Positions 52,572-63,962 of a stretch of DNA of 63,962 nt are shown here, piece by piece. The translations under genes and the position numbers were made by a program. The stretch is from contig NC_043018.1 of NCBI RefSeq assembly GCF_006345805.1, forward strand, positions 1,798,039 through 1,862,000, read 5' to 3'. How positions within the stretch are numbered: the stretch's first letter is position 1; each line of letters opens with the position of its first letter. This DNA comes from Octopus sinensis (taxonomy: Eukaryota). The notes beneath the pieces were generated by a model, which was given only the letters and a program-made list of their open reading frames with translations, was not told the DNA's origin and did no database searches.

Positions 52572-52795
52572 GGAAGGCGACGAGCTGGCAGAATCGTTAG
52601 CACGCTGGGCGAAATATTTACCGGTATTTCGTCTGTTTTTACGTTCAGAGTTCAAATTCCGCCGAGGTCGACTTTGCCTTTCATCCTTTCGGGGTCGATA
52701 AATTAAGTAGCAGTTGCGTAATGGTATCGATCTAATCGACTGCCCCCCCCCCCATCCACAAAATTTCAGGCTTTGTGCCTAGAGTAGAAAAGAAT
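52572..52795 (+). mobile_element. SINE family B, full length
   Basis: AAGGCGACGAGCTGGCAGAATCGTTAGCACG...GCCTTTCATCCTTTCGGGGTCGATAAATTAAG. Confidence 0.9.
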
Positions 52796-53270
52796 ATTCT
52801 GATAAACGTATGATAAAGTGTCACACCCTATTTGTTCCAAACTCATACGTTGTCATCTTAACATTTGTTTCTCCTGGAGTTAATTAAATATTATCTCAAA
52901 TTAATAGTGTTCCTGGCGCGATGGATAAAATGTTTTTCCTTTATTTTTTTTTCCGGGCATTTATGTTCTGAGTTCAAATATCGCTGGGATCATATTTACA
53001 TCCCATCACTCCACGTTTGGCAAGTAAAATCATCAGACTAGAGATATTTATTGGTGGTGTTGTTAGATAAAGTATCTTCTGTGATTTGTTCTGTCATTTT
53101 TTTGACATCCTGAATTCGAATAACACCAGGATCATCTTTAATTTACATTCTTTCGGGGTTGATGAAGTTAAGTAGCATTCCGATATAGGGATTTGGCGGA
53201 AGTATCGAAACGTTGGACGAAACGGCTTTGTGGTATTTTCACCGTCTCTTCACGTTTAAAGTCCCTGTAT

Positions 53271-53564
53271 TTTTGTTGTTTGTTCCTTCTCGAGCCATGC
53301 CTGGTTCATAAGGGCCGGTTTCCCGGTTTCTTGGCGTATGGGTTCCCAAACTGGACGGGAGGCCGGTCCATCGCAGGTGAACTGCACGATGCAGGAGGAA
53401 AGAGTGAGAGAAAGTTGTGGCGAAATAGTCAGCAGAAGTTTCGCCATTACCTTCTGCCGGAGCCGCGTGGAGCTTAGGTGTTTCGCTAATAAACACACAC
53501 ATTGCCCAGTCTGAGACTCGAACCCGCGAGTCCGCTGATCTAACCATAGGCCACGTGCCTCATC
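53271..53564 (-). mobile_element. tRNA-derived SINE with family C-like 5' half, V-domain-like 3' half and 14-bp TSD
   Basis: TSD TAAAGTCCCTGTAT at 53257-53270 and 53565-53578. Minus strand has GTGGCCTATGGTTAG...GGGTTCGAGTCTC, then GCGATGGACCGGCCTCCCGTCCAG. Confidence 0.8.
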
Positions 53565-54366
53565 TAAAGTCCCTGTATAGCTGGAACAAATTGGTTTGTA
53601 CCTAACTGGCGGAAGATAAAGGGAGACCACTTTCATCTTATATTCTCCCATGAAAATTTTAAGAGAAAGTCAAAGCATTTGACACGGAAGTCTTCCGATG
53701 GACTTCAAGATCAGACTACACAGAATGAAAAAGTCTGATATTAACAATATCTGAGAAGACGGGACTGTCACGGTTGGAATGCTTTTGCTACCTGAGTTTG
53801 CGCGATTAGGGCTAATCTGAGGTTAAGCGTAAACAATAACAATGTACACGCACTGTCAAAGCAAAATTACGGGATGGTCGTCTAAGTCGCAACATATGGC
53901 CAAACTGCAAAAAGACTGGTACTGGACTGCGACGGCAAGATTTATAATAGTTACAAAAATCGTTAAATTGCGTAGCGTGACCTCGCCGTTGGGATGGAAA
54001 CTACAATGCTCTGTTAAAAGTGCTTCTTTAGAGAAAATTTAACAAGAGAGAAATTAATGAGAAACCAGCAGAGTCTTACATCCTTCCCTCAGCTTGCAAC
54101 CAGTGTTTTATAAAAGTCTACTGTCGCTCATTCGTTTCTCTTCTGTCAACTTTTCCCTGAAGACGTCGGATTCTCCACCCATCCCCAGACGCCAAGTTCG
54201 CAACAGTATTTGCATCGATTTACCGAAATTATTTATAACATTATCTGGAACACAACATTGGCACCACGAAGAGCGACTACGAGGTTCCGTTAGGGCTAGA
54301 GGCAACTCCTAATTTAAGCCCATGCAACATACAATCATATAACCATGACTATATACAACACATAGG

Positions 54367-54421
<55 letters not shown>

Positions 54422-54596
54422 ATATATATATATAATATATATATATAATATATATATATATAATATAAAATTGAGGGAGATAAATTAATATTAATTTTAA
54501 TATCAATTTAAAACAGTAGTCCAGCATTCAAAAAATCTGAGGAGTCAGAGAAAATTCAAATATATGTGTATATTGGCAGGGCAGCCCTGCCAATAT

Positions 54597-54658
<62 letters not shown>

Positions 54659-54963
54659 GGGTAGCGAATATTCGTTATAATATCACCACCAGTGGCCCAG
54701 CATGTATAAATAGTCAATAGACAACATATTCATATTTTAAAATAGAAAATTACCCTTTAACAGGTAATTTTTACATGCTAGAAATAGCAACCAACACGGC
54801 CAAAACCACAATTTAATAGCAAATTTCGAAGTAAATAAAAAATAAAAACCTTTACCTTGCTATTTAACGGTAATTACCATGGTTTCGAATTTCGTTAATA
54901 TTACTTGCCATCCTTTAATATATATATATATATATAGCATGTTTATAATATAAATAGCATATA

Positions 54964-56226
54964 CAGGTGTTGGACAAAATAATGGAAAAATCTAAAAATT
55001 TCTAACGAATTTATTTTAATATGAGGTAAGACCACTTTTGGTAGTATTTACATCTTGACTTATACGGGGTATGGACTCGTACAAAGTTTGAATTGCTTCC
55101 AAAGGAATTTTTGTCCATTCTTCAGCTAAAACAGTATCCACTTCTTGTAGTGATGATGGTGGGGGATATTGACTCCTTACTTGTTTTTCTAAAATGCCCC
55201 ATAAATGTTCAATGATATTGAGATCTGGGGACTGTGGTGGCCAGATAAGATGTTCAACTTCACCAGAATGTTCCTCGTGCCATTCTGTAACATCTTTAAC
55301 TGTTTGAATTGGTGAATTATTACCCTGAAAGATTGCGTTTCCCTCCGGAAACAGTTTCGCAGCTATAGAATGAATTTGATCAGATAAAACGCTTAAATAG
55401 GCTTGACTATTAATTCTACCATGAAGGGAAACCATTGGGCTGGCGGACTTCCAAGATATAGCCCCCAGCTCATCACAGATCCCCCGTTATGTATAACAGT
55501 TGGAAGAAGTTAGTCTGGGCCAACTACTTCTTTTGGCTGTCTCCACACGTATACTCAGCCGGTGGCTGGAAATAACGTAAAGAATGACTCGTCTGAGAAA
55601 ATAACATTCTTTCACTGTTCTAGGGACCAATTCGGTAGGTTTTTACTCCACTCTGAACGGTTTGCAACGTTTGTTTTTGAAAGTAGGGGTTTTCTGATTG
55701 CAGCCCTCCCGTGAATTCTGGCTTTTTGCCTCGCCCGGCGAACACTTTTTGAAGAAACTTGATTCTCGAGATGGTCATTAAGCTCTGCAGTAATTTTGGG
55801 AGCTGTACTTTTCTTATCCTTTCTAACAATTCTTGTAGGAGTCCAACGGTCTGTATCTTAAAGTATTGGTTTACTTCTGGAACTTTGTTTCGATAAGGAG
55901 GTTTTTACCTCTTTCTCAAAGGCTGTCATTACTTTCGAGACAATACTTCTTGAAACACCAAACATTTCGACCTTTTACATTATGCTAGCGCCTGCCATAC
56001 GAACACCAACAATTTGACCTCTTTGAAAGTCCGATAGATCTATCAGTTTAATTACCTTTTTCTGATGATATCTGAAAAGAAACAGCAATTTTAGCAAAAC
56101 ATATTAAGCAACACTAATAAAAAATTAAAACACATAAAATTAAACAAGCTTTTGACGGTTTTGATACATATTTCAAAATTATGATGCTATGATGCTAGGT
56201 GTTTCCATTATTTTGTCCAACCCCTG
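54964..56226 (-). mobile_element. Full-length Tc1-type DNA transposon (1263 bp, 25-bp TIRs, TA TSD), DD36E spacing (Incomer-like)
   Basis: TA|CAGGTGTTGGACAAAATAATGGAAA ... TTTCCATTATTTTGTCCAACCCCTG|TA, with 1 mismatch between TIRs. Confidence 0.92.
55016..56046 (-). pseudogene. Tc1-family transposase pseudogene
   Basis: N-terminal DLSDFQRGQIVGVRMAGAS..GVSRSIVSKVMTAF; VIFSDESFF (first D at about 55591); IFQGNNSPI (second D mutated); WPPQSPDLNIIEHLW. Several stops and frameshifts. Confidence 0.9.
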
Positions 56227-56737
56227 TATATACCTTTTTTCTAGTGGTCTCTCATAAGACTGATTCATATTGAAATTGGTCTTGTTATTTGTATTGATTT
56301 ATATATCTGAGGCATGGAACCATTCAGGAATTGCTACAAAAGTTAAGGTCTTTACGTGGTAGCGTAGCCTACAAGAAATGGCAGCCCCTTTTATAAATTA
56401 CACTTCTATGCTTTTAAATTAGAAAGCAATGGATAATATTTTTTCAGATACCCGAAAAATGCGGGATGGACATGGCTGGAAACCATTGATTATAAATAGC
56501 TTCAAACATGGGTGGCCCGGGTTTAAATAACAACAGTAACACCAACGAAGACGCCACCTCTACCACCACCACCAACAACAACAACAACAACAACAGCACC
56601 AACAACAACTGTACCGTCAACAAGAACTACAACAGCAGCAAGATTAGGAAAACACACAAATACAATACACATAGACATAGCGATAACATATCGAATGATT
56701 CACACACATACACACACACGCACGAACACACACACAC

Positions 56738-56809
<72 letters not shown>

Positions 56810-56810
56810 G

Positions 56811-56975
56811 GGAGAGTTTACGAAAAACAACAAAAGACGAAGACAGGTGGTGTACAAAACAAACAGATGTATGAGTATAACGCTCAGGAATAGAAAAAGT
56901 CTTTTACGTTTCGAGCCTACGCTCTTCAACAGAAAGGGACACAGAAAAAACAAGGAGAGAAAAAATGTGTGTAGT
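56811..56975 (-). mobile_element. Family F copy with minimal hammerhead-like motif at 56901-56936, abutting (TA)n
   Basis: Minus strand: CTTT|CTGTTGA|A|GAGC-GTAG-GCTC|GAAA|CGT|A|AAAG. Confidence 0.75.
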
Positions 56976-57017
56976 GGCAACCGATCTATCATAGCGACTG
57001 ATATATATATATATATA

Positions 57018-57179
57018 TTTGGACTCCAAACGGAAATACGGACGAAATGATGCTAAGCATTTTGTCCGGGGTGAAAACGACTCTACCATCTCTCAACTCT
57101 ACCATCTTCCTGGGGCTACAAACTACAGTAGCATCCACCCTTAGGGGTTAGCCATATTCAAATGGCAAATATGCGTCAC

Positions 57180-57210
<31 letters not shown>

Positions 57211-57281
57211 TATAATATATATATATATATAGATATATATTATTATATAGTATATATATCACTATATATATATATACATAT

Positions 57282-57352
<71 letters not shown>

Positions 57353-58070
57353 TCCCAAAATAATTTGGAATACAGCAGCAATGTAGTATGACTACGAATC
57401 AACGCGGTAACGTAGCCTACTGGAAATAACGGCCAACTGTCCCTCATGTTATTACTGGACGTTTAAAGAAACGTTAAATGTGCAATTGTAGATAGACGAT
57501 GCCTGAGATAAGGAGCCGCTAGTTATGACTGAATAATTTCATTTTTATTTCTTTATGCAATGCAGTTAAATGTTGACATTCAAATTTGGTTTTGTTTCCA
57601 TTAAGATTTGATCAAAATTTAATTGAAAGGCAATAAAGCAAAACGAAGAAATGGTGGAAGGAATTAAGCGGCTAAAGATGAGGCAGGTTGCAATACACAG
57701 CCGAACAAATGGCGAGTTTAGCTTGACCGCGATGAAGTTGTTGCGGAGAATGGTCAGCAACACTCAGCTTTCTTGATCAGGATTGATCCGGAGTTAAACA
57801 CCATTCACTACAAAAATAACAACAACAACAACAAAAATCAATAACAACGCTACCACCACCATCAACAATAGCAGCATCAACACATCACCAACAAATATAG
57901 TACTAGATACTCTAAAGGGATGGACACGGCTGGAACTGTCATTGATTCATCAAGGATGAGTTTAGTTACACAGCTTCAAACATGATTTAAGTTGAGAGAT
58001 GGTAGGGTCGTTTGCATCCCGGACAAAATGCTTAGCATAATTTCGTCCGTATTTCCGTTTTGAGTCCAAA
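57018..58070. repeat. Inverted pair of 80-bp SINE-B-head derivatives (57018-57097 and 57991-58070)
   Basis: 75/80 identical as reverse complements by manual alignment. Confidence 0.85.
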
Positions 58071-59239
58071 TTTAGCCCGTTTCGAGTTGGCAATTCATCC
58101 TTTTGGGAGTCGATAAAATAGGGAGCACAGGAGTCAGTGTGATCGGCTTTCGGCTAAGTTCAAATAGAGCTCAAATCCCGCCGAGGTCAACTTTGCCTCT
58201 CGTCCTTTCGAGGTCGACAAAATAAAGTACAAGTCAAGTACCGGGTCGATGTAACCAGCAAACGGCCTCCCCACGCCCCATTGTGCCAAAACTTGAAAGG
58301 ATTATCGACAACCTCTGGGGTTGTATATTTTTGTGAGAAACCAATGATGGGTCCTAAATGTTGGACATTCGTCATACAAGAAATAGCAGCCAAGTCTCTC
58401 TCACATCAGACACACATACGCATGCGCACTCATACAGCAAGACATTTTGGTCCCTTTAGCATTTAGTTTACTGTGTCGAATGTAATGCTTATTAATTCAC
58501 AGAGATTTGAATTAATCCCGTATTATCTCGTAGGTTCAAGAGTTAAGCTTACTTTTAGCACGACATGATAGGGTAAGTGTGAGAGACCGGATCTGGACAT
58601 TTTGGACGTAAAAGACATCGAATAGTTAGGCCTAATATGGCGGTTTTAAATGGTAAAGAATTAAACAAGGAAACGCACATTGAATAATGTAGCCCTAGGT
58701 TTACGATGATTCATTTAAAATAAAAACACAAAGAAAACGTGAAGACAAGGGCTAAACACACGTTTCATCAGATGTTTCGATCAAATCTGAATTCGGACGA
58801 AACAAGGTAAAAACAGTGGCAACGATTCAGAGAAAAGGCAGACATTTTTCTTTTACTTTTTTTCTGTATTTTTCTTTTTTTTCTCTCTATAAAACTCTCT
58901 TCCAACAATTGTAAAGTAATATACATGAAACAGTGTCTGAAACACCATGACCCAGCGGGGTTTGCTTTGTTGCAGCCAGCAGAGGTAGGGTGGGGGGTGT
59001 TCTTTTGAAGGTAAAAAGCTATTTCTTTCTTTATCTCATTTTCTATATTGGTTGTTAGTCAAAGTAATTTAATTTCCGATTAGAAAAATAATTATAACCC
59101 ACTAACAACTATTATTTGATGTAAACAAGTTCTCAGAACTTCAAAATATATCTATCTACCTGTATGTCTGTCTAACTGTATGTCTGCTTGAATGCTTGTA
59201 TTCGTGTTATCTAATAATGTACTTAGGTACTTATCTATA

Positions 59240-59278
<39 letters not shown>

Positions 59279-59703
59279 ATATATATATATATATATATCC
59301 ATCTATCTCTATCTATCTACCTATCTATCTTTGTGTGTCTGCTTGTTTTACTCTAAATCGATCAATTCCTATGTAAATCTATTTAACTGACTGTTTAGTT
59401 TTCTATCTATCTTTCTATCAACGTAACGATTTATAAATCTGGCCATCTATCTATCTTTCTGTCTATTTATCTATCTAGCTCTCTATCTATCCATCTACCT
59501 ACCTACCTACCTACCTACCTAAATACCTAAATACCTACCTATCTATGCATCTATCCATCTATAACTGTGTCTATCTATTTACATATCCATCTACCTACCC
59601 GTTATATCTCTCACTGTTTCTCTCGCTCCTCTCTCTCTCCCTCTCTTCCTCTCTGTATATACATATGCATATTTATATATATGTATGCATATATGTATAT
59701 GTG

Positions 59704-59757
<54 letters not shown>

Positions 59758-59811
59758 CCTACGTACCCACATACATACATACATACATACATACATACAT
59801 ACATACATACA

Positions 59812-59845
<34 letters not shown>

Positions 59846-60426
59846 CATGCACACACACATACATACATACCTAAGTGTCACTCTACCTATCATTCACCGG
59901 AAATAACTTCGGGTGGTATTCGCGTCACTCTATTTCCGCAGTAAATTCGTGTCTGCATTGTTAAATTCATTTACAATTTCTAGACACGTTTTTATATATT
60001 TATGTATTATACTCCATAATGTTTATTAAAGATGTCTTATATGTATAAGATAGAACAAACAATGCGGCGTATTGATGTTGAAAAATAATGTACCTACGCT
60101 GTTCCATTTTTATTTATTGTTTCAAGTTGTATGTTAGTTTAAATTTTTCTATTATGTTTTCCGAGATGTTTGGAACAATGCATGTAAATACCTCAGTTTT
60201 CGGTGCCAAACTATTCCAGTGCATAAAACACATATTTTACATATATAATATTTTTACATTTATAATATGCTCACTGTGTGGCACCTTGGGTAAATATCGT
60301 CTACTAAATGCGTCGGCCCGACCAAGGCCTTATCAGTGGATTTGGTAGACGGAAACTGAAAGAAGCCCGTCGTATATATATATATATATATATAATATAT
60401 TATACTACTTAATATGCTATATATAT

Positions 60427-60459
<33 letters not shown>

Positions 60460-60492
60460 TACACATACATACATACACACACACACACACAT

Positions 60493-60542
<50 letters not shown>

Positions 60543-60694
60543 ACTAACACATATATATATGTATCTATATATGTACATATATACAATATATGTATGCATA
60601 TGTTTGTATATATATACATATATACACATACGATCGATACATACATATATATATGGTCACATATATATCTATAAATATGTGTGTGCATCTATGC

Positions 60695-60890
60695 TCTCTT
60701 TTACTCTTTTGCTTGTTTCAGTCATTTGACTGTGGCCATGCTGGACCACCGCCTTTAGTCGAGCAAATCGACCCCAGGTCTTATTCTTTGTAAGCCTAGT
60801 ACTTATTATATCAGTCTCTCTTGCCGAACAGCTATGTAACGGGGACGTAAATAAACCAGCATCGGTTGTCAAGCGATGTTGGGGGGACAA
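60695..60890 (-). mobile_element. SINE family A, 3' half (5' piece on + strand at about 60270-60380)
   Basis: CTCTTTTACTCTTTTGCTTGTTTCAGTCATTTGACTG...GGGGGGACAAA. Confidence 0.85.
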
Positions 60891-61001
60891 ATTGGTACCA
60901 CATTTCCGTGTTTGTGACCCTATGCTTTTTGTTTTGCTGTTGTTGTTACCGCAGCCAGTGCTGTTCGCACTGCCGGAAGAGTCGCTAGTGTCGCTGTTGT
61001 T

Positions 61002-61032
<31 letters not shown>

Positions 61033-61638
61033 CGTTGTTGTTGTTAAGCAACAAGACGGGTAAGGGCGATTAGGTGATGGTCTAGGGCTTAGGGGCGGGA
61101 GACCCCAGACCTTGGAAAAGAAAAGAAAACTTCGGTCGTCTTGTTGTAGTCGAGGGCTCTTCGTTGACGCCCGACACCACTGGGAGGTGGCCCTCGAAGT
61201 CGCTGGAAATGGAGATCTTCAGGTCCAAATTCCTGAACGGCTACTGCTGCTGCTGGTACCAATTGCCCCCCCCCCCGCCCCACATGTACATGGCCGCAAA
61301 ACCCTTTCGGGAAAAGACGAACGCTAGCCGTGGAACATGAGACCCACATCTCTGAATTTTTAGCTATGTTAATGTATATAGACACAGGATATACTATAGG
61401 TTTTATATATATATATATATATATATATAAAACTTATGATATATTTTGAGCTGAATGTTATTCATATCAATATCTCTGAAGTGACCCTGTTCCCTGTCGA
61501 TAAAGTAAAACCTGAAATGTTATCGAATATGTCAGCATTCTCTTCCCCGACGTTAAAGTATTTGAAAATTAGATATGAATCACAAAGTGAGAGATAGATA
61601 GATAGATGGATATATCGATTGCTGATTTTTAGGTTTTC

Positions 61639-61674
<36 letters not shown>

Positions 61675-62549
61675 TGTGTGTGTGTATACATACATATATA
61701 TGTATATATATGTCTTTATATATATATATATATGTGTGTATCCGTGTCCATATCACACATATTTACATACATGTATATATATGTTGTATATACTGTATGA
61801 ATGTATATTATATATATTTATATGTGTGCATCTGTATACTCACATACACACATATACATATGCTCCTATATATATGTACAAATGTACATTAACCATATGC
61901 CTACGTATGATATATATTTATATATTTATCAATTTTTTTTATATATACACTTATTTTTATATATATATATATATAGGTGTGTGTAGGTATGTATATATAT
62001 ACATGTGTGTGACTCTTGGATAAAAATGTAGATAAGCAGATAGATATATAGATTGATTGATTAACTTTAATGCAAAGTTAAACTAATAATTGATATATTG
62101 AACTTAAAAAGTGTCCATACTTATATTTGGTGGTTAGATATGTATATTGGATATGTGTGTATATGCTTGCTTATGTATATGCATTTGTCACTGAGAGCTT
62201 GCAAAGTTAGTATGAGGATATGTGTATGCAAGCGTGCACAAACAGACACAGAAACACACACATGTATATATGCTACATGTACATATATATGTATAATGTA
62301 GGTCTATATGCTTCTATACAAATGTAGACATATATACTTATATACATGCATACAGGAATACATACATGTACATACAAGAAAGCAGCTTGATTGTACGCAC
62401 ATAAGCATAATGTGTATATGTATATATACCATATAGAATAGATATAACTATGTACATATATATATACATATAAATATATATAAATCATTTATACATATAT
62501 AAATTTAGAACACATATGTTTATATTTATAAACAGAAACTTATATATAC

Positions 62550-62588
<39 letters not shown>

Positions 62589-62766
62589 CATGCATACATA
62601 TTTATATATATACACAAAGATGCATATCAGTGTATACACACACATATTTAAGTTTGTATGTGTGCGTGTATATATATTATATATGTGGTGTATTTAGGTA
62701 TGTATGTATGTATGTATGTATGTATGTATGTATGTATGTATGTATGTATGTATGTATTTATGTATG

Positions 62767-62800
<34 letters not shown>

Positions 62801-63283
62801 TGTATGTTTGTAAATCTCTAAGCGAATTTTTCGTTGATATAGTAATGGAGTTTCACTGAAAAAAATCTCTGTATGTTTAACAGAACGCGAAATTTACTGC
62901 TTCCCAAACCAACGCCCTATGCAAAAGAAATTTTGTTCCTTCAATGTTCCATTTAATGTACCGTAAATATAACTATATATTGACGAATGTTTGTTTTTTT
63001 TCCATAACGGTAGCTACCAGGACAGATTAAAAAGTATGTGGAATCCAGTATATTTCTCTGACATGAAAATTGCTCATTATGCACGAGCAGAATTAGGCAT
63101 ACTTAAAACATATGGGACACTTGACGGTCTACAGATGTCATTGGATCGAAGGCTTTTGTTAAGAAATAATACTGGAGAGGAGGCTTATGTGCATACTTAC
63201 ATCTGAACACATATGCGCGCAGATACACAACACACACCACACACACACACACACACAACACACACATATATATATATTACACA

Positions 63284-63962
<679 letters not shown>

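Noticed and set aside
58760-58795. CTGATGA and GAAA on the minus strand (similar cases at 13008, 34983, 56063)
   Set aside because: The order or spacing is incompatible with a hammerhead, and the required stems are absent.
62991-63206. Protein-like ORF (DRLKSMWNPVYFSDMK...)
   Set aside because: No recognisable domain and no clear donor site.

Overview
Eukaryotic, AT-rich, gene-poor DNA dominated by microsatellites and decayed transposable elements. The repeat families and the (TA)n/(CA)n/(ATT)n/(TACA)n landscape look like a coleoid cephalopod, most likely Octopus; this is inferred from pattern recognition, not a database search. Almost all ORFs in the track are simple-repeat artefacts, and no intact host gene is recognisable apart from one weak 46-nt exon candidate. 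Supported content includes several tRNA-derived SINE families, at least four lineages of R4/Dong-like non-LTR retrotransposon remnants sitting next to microsatellites, and two RTE remnants. There is also a Penelope-like (GIY-YIG) remnant, a mariner fragment and a full-length but dead Tc1 element with DD36E spacing. The most interesting signals are three. (1) An 836-bp near-perfect foldback element with an 8-bp TSD and outward-facing telomeric TTAGGG tracts in both arms. (2) Seven hammerhead-ribozyme-like motifs: two with canonical cores and five minimal, core-variant ones in a dispersed repeat. (3) Several palindromic or inverted rearrangements that could form long dsRNA. Boundaries of degenerate repeats are approximate.
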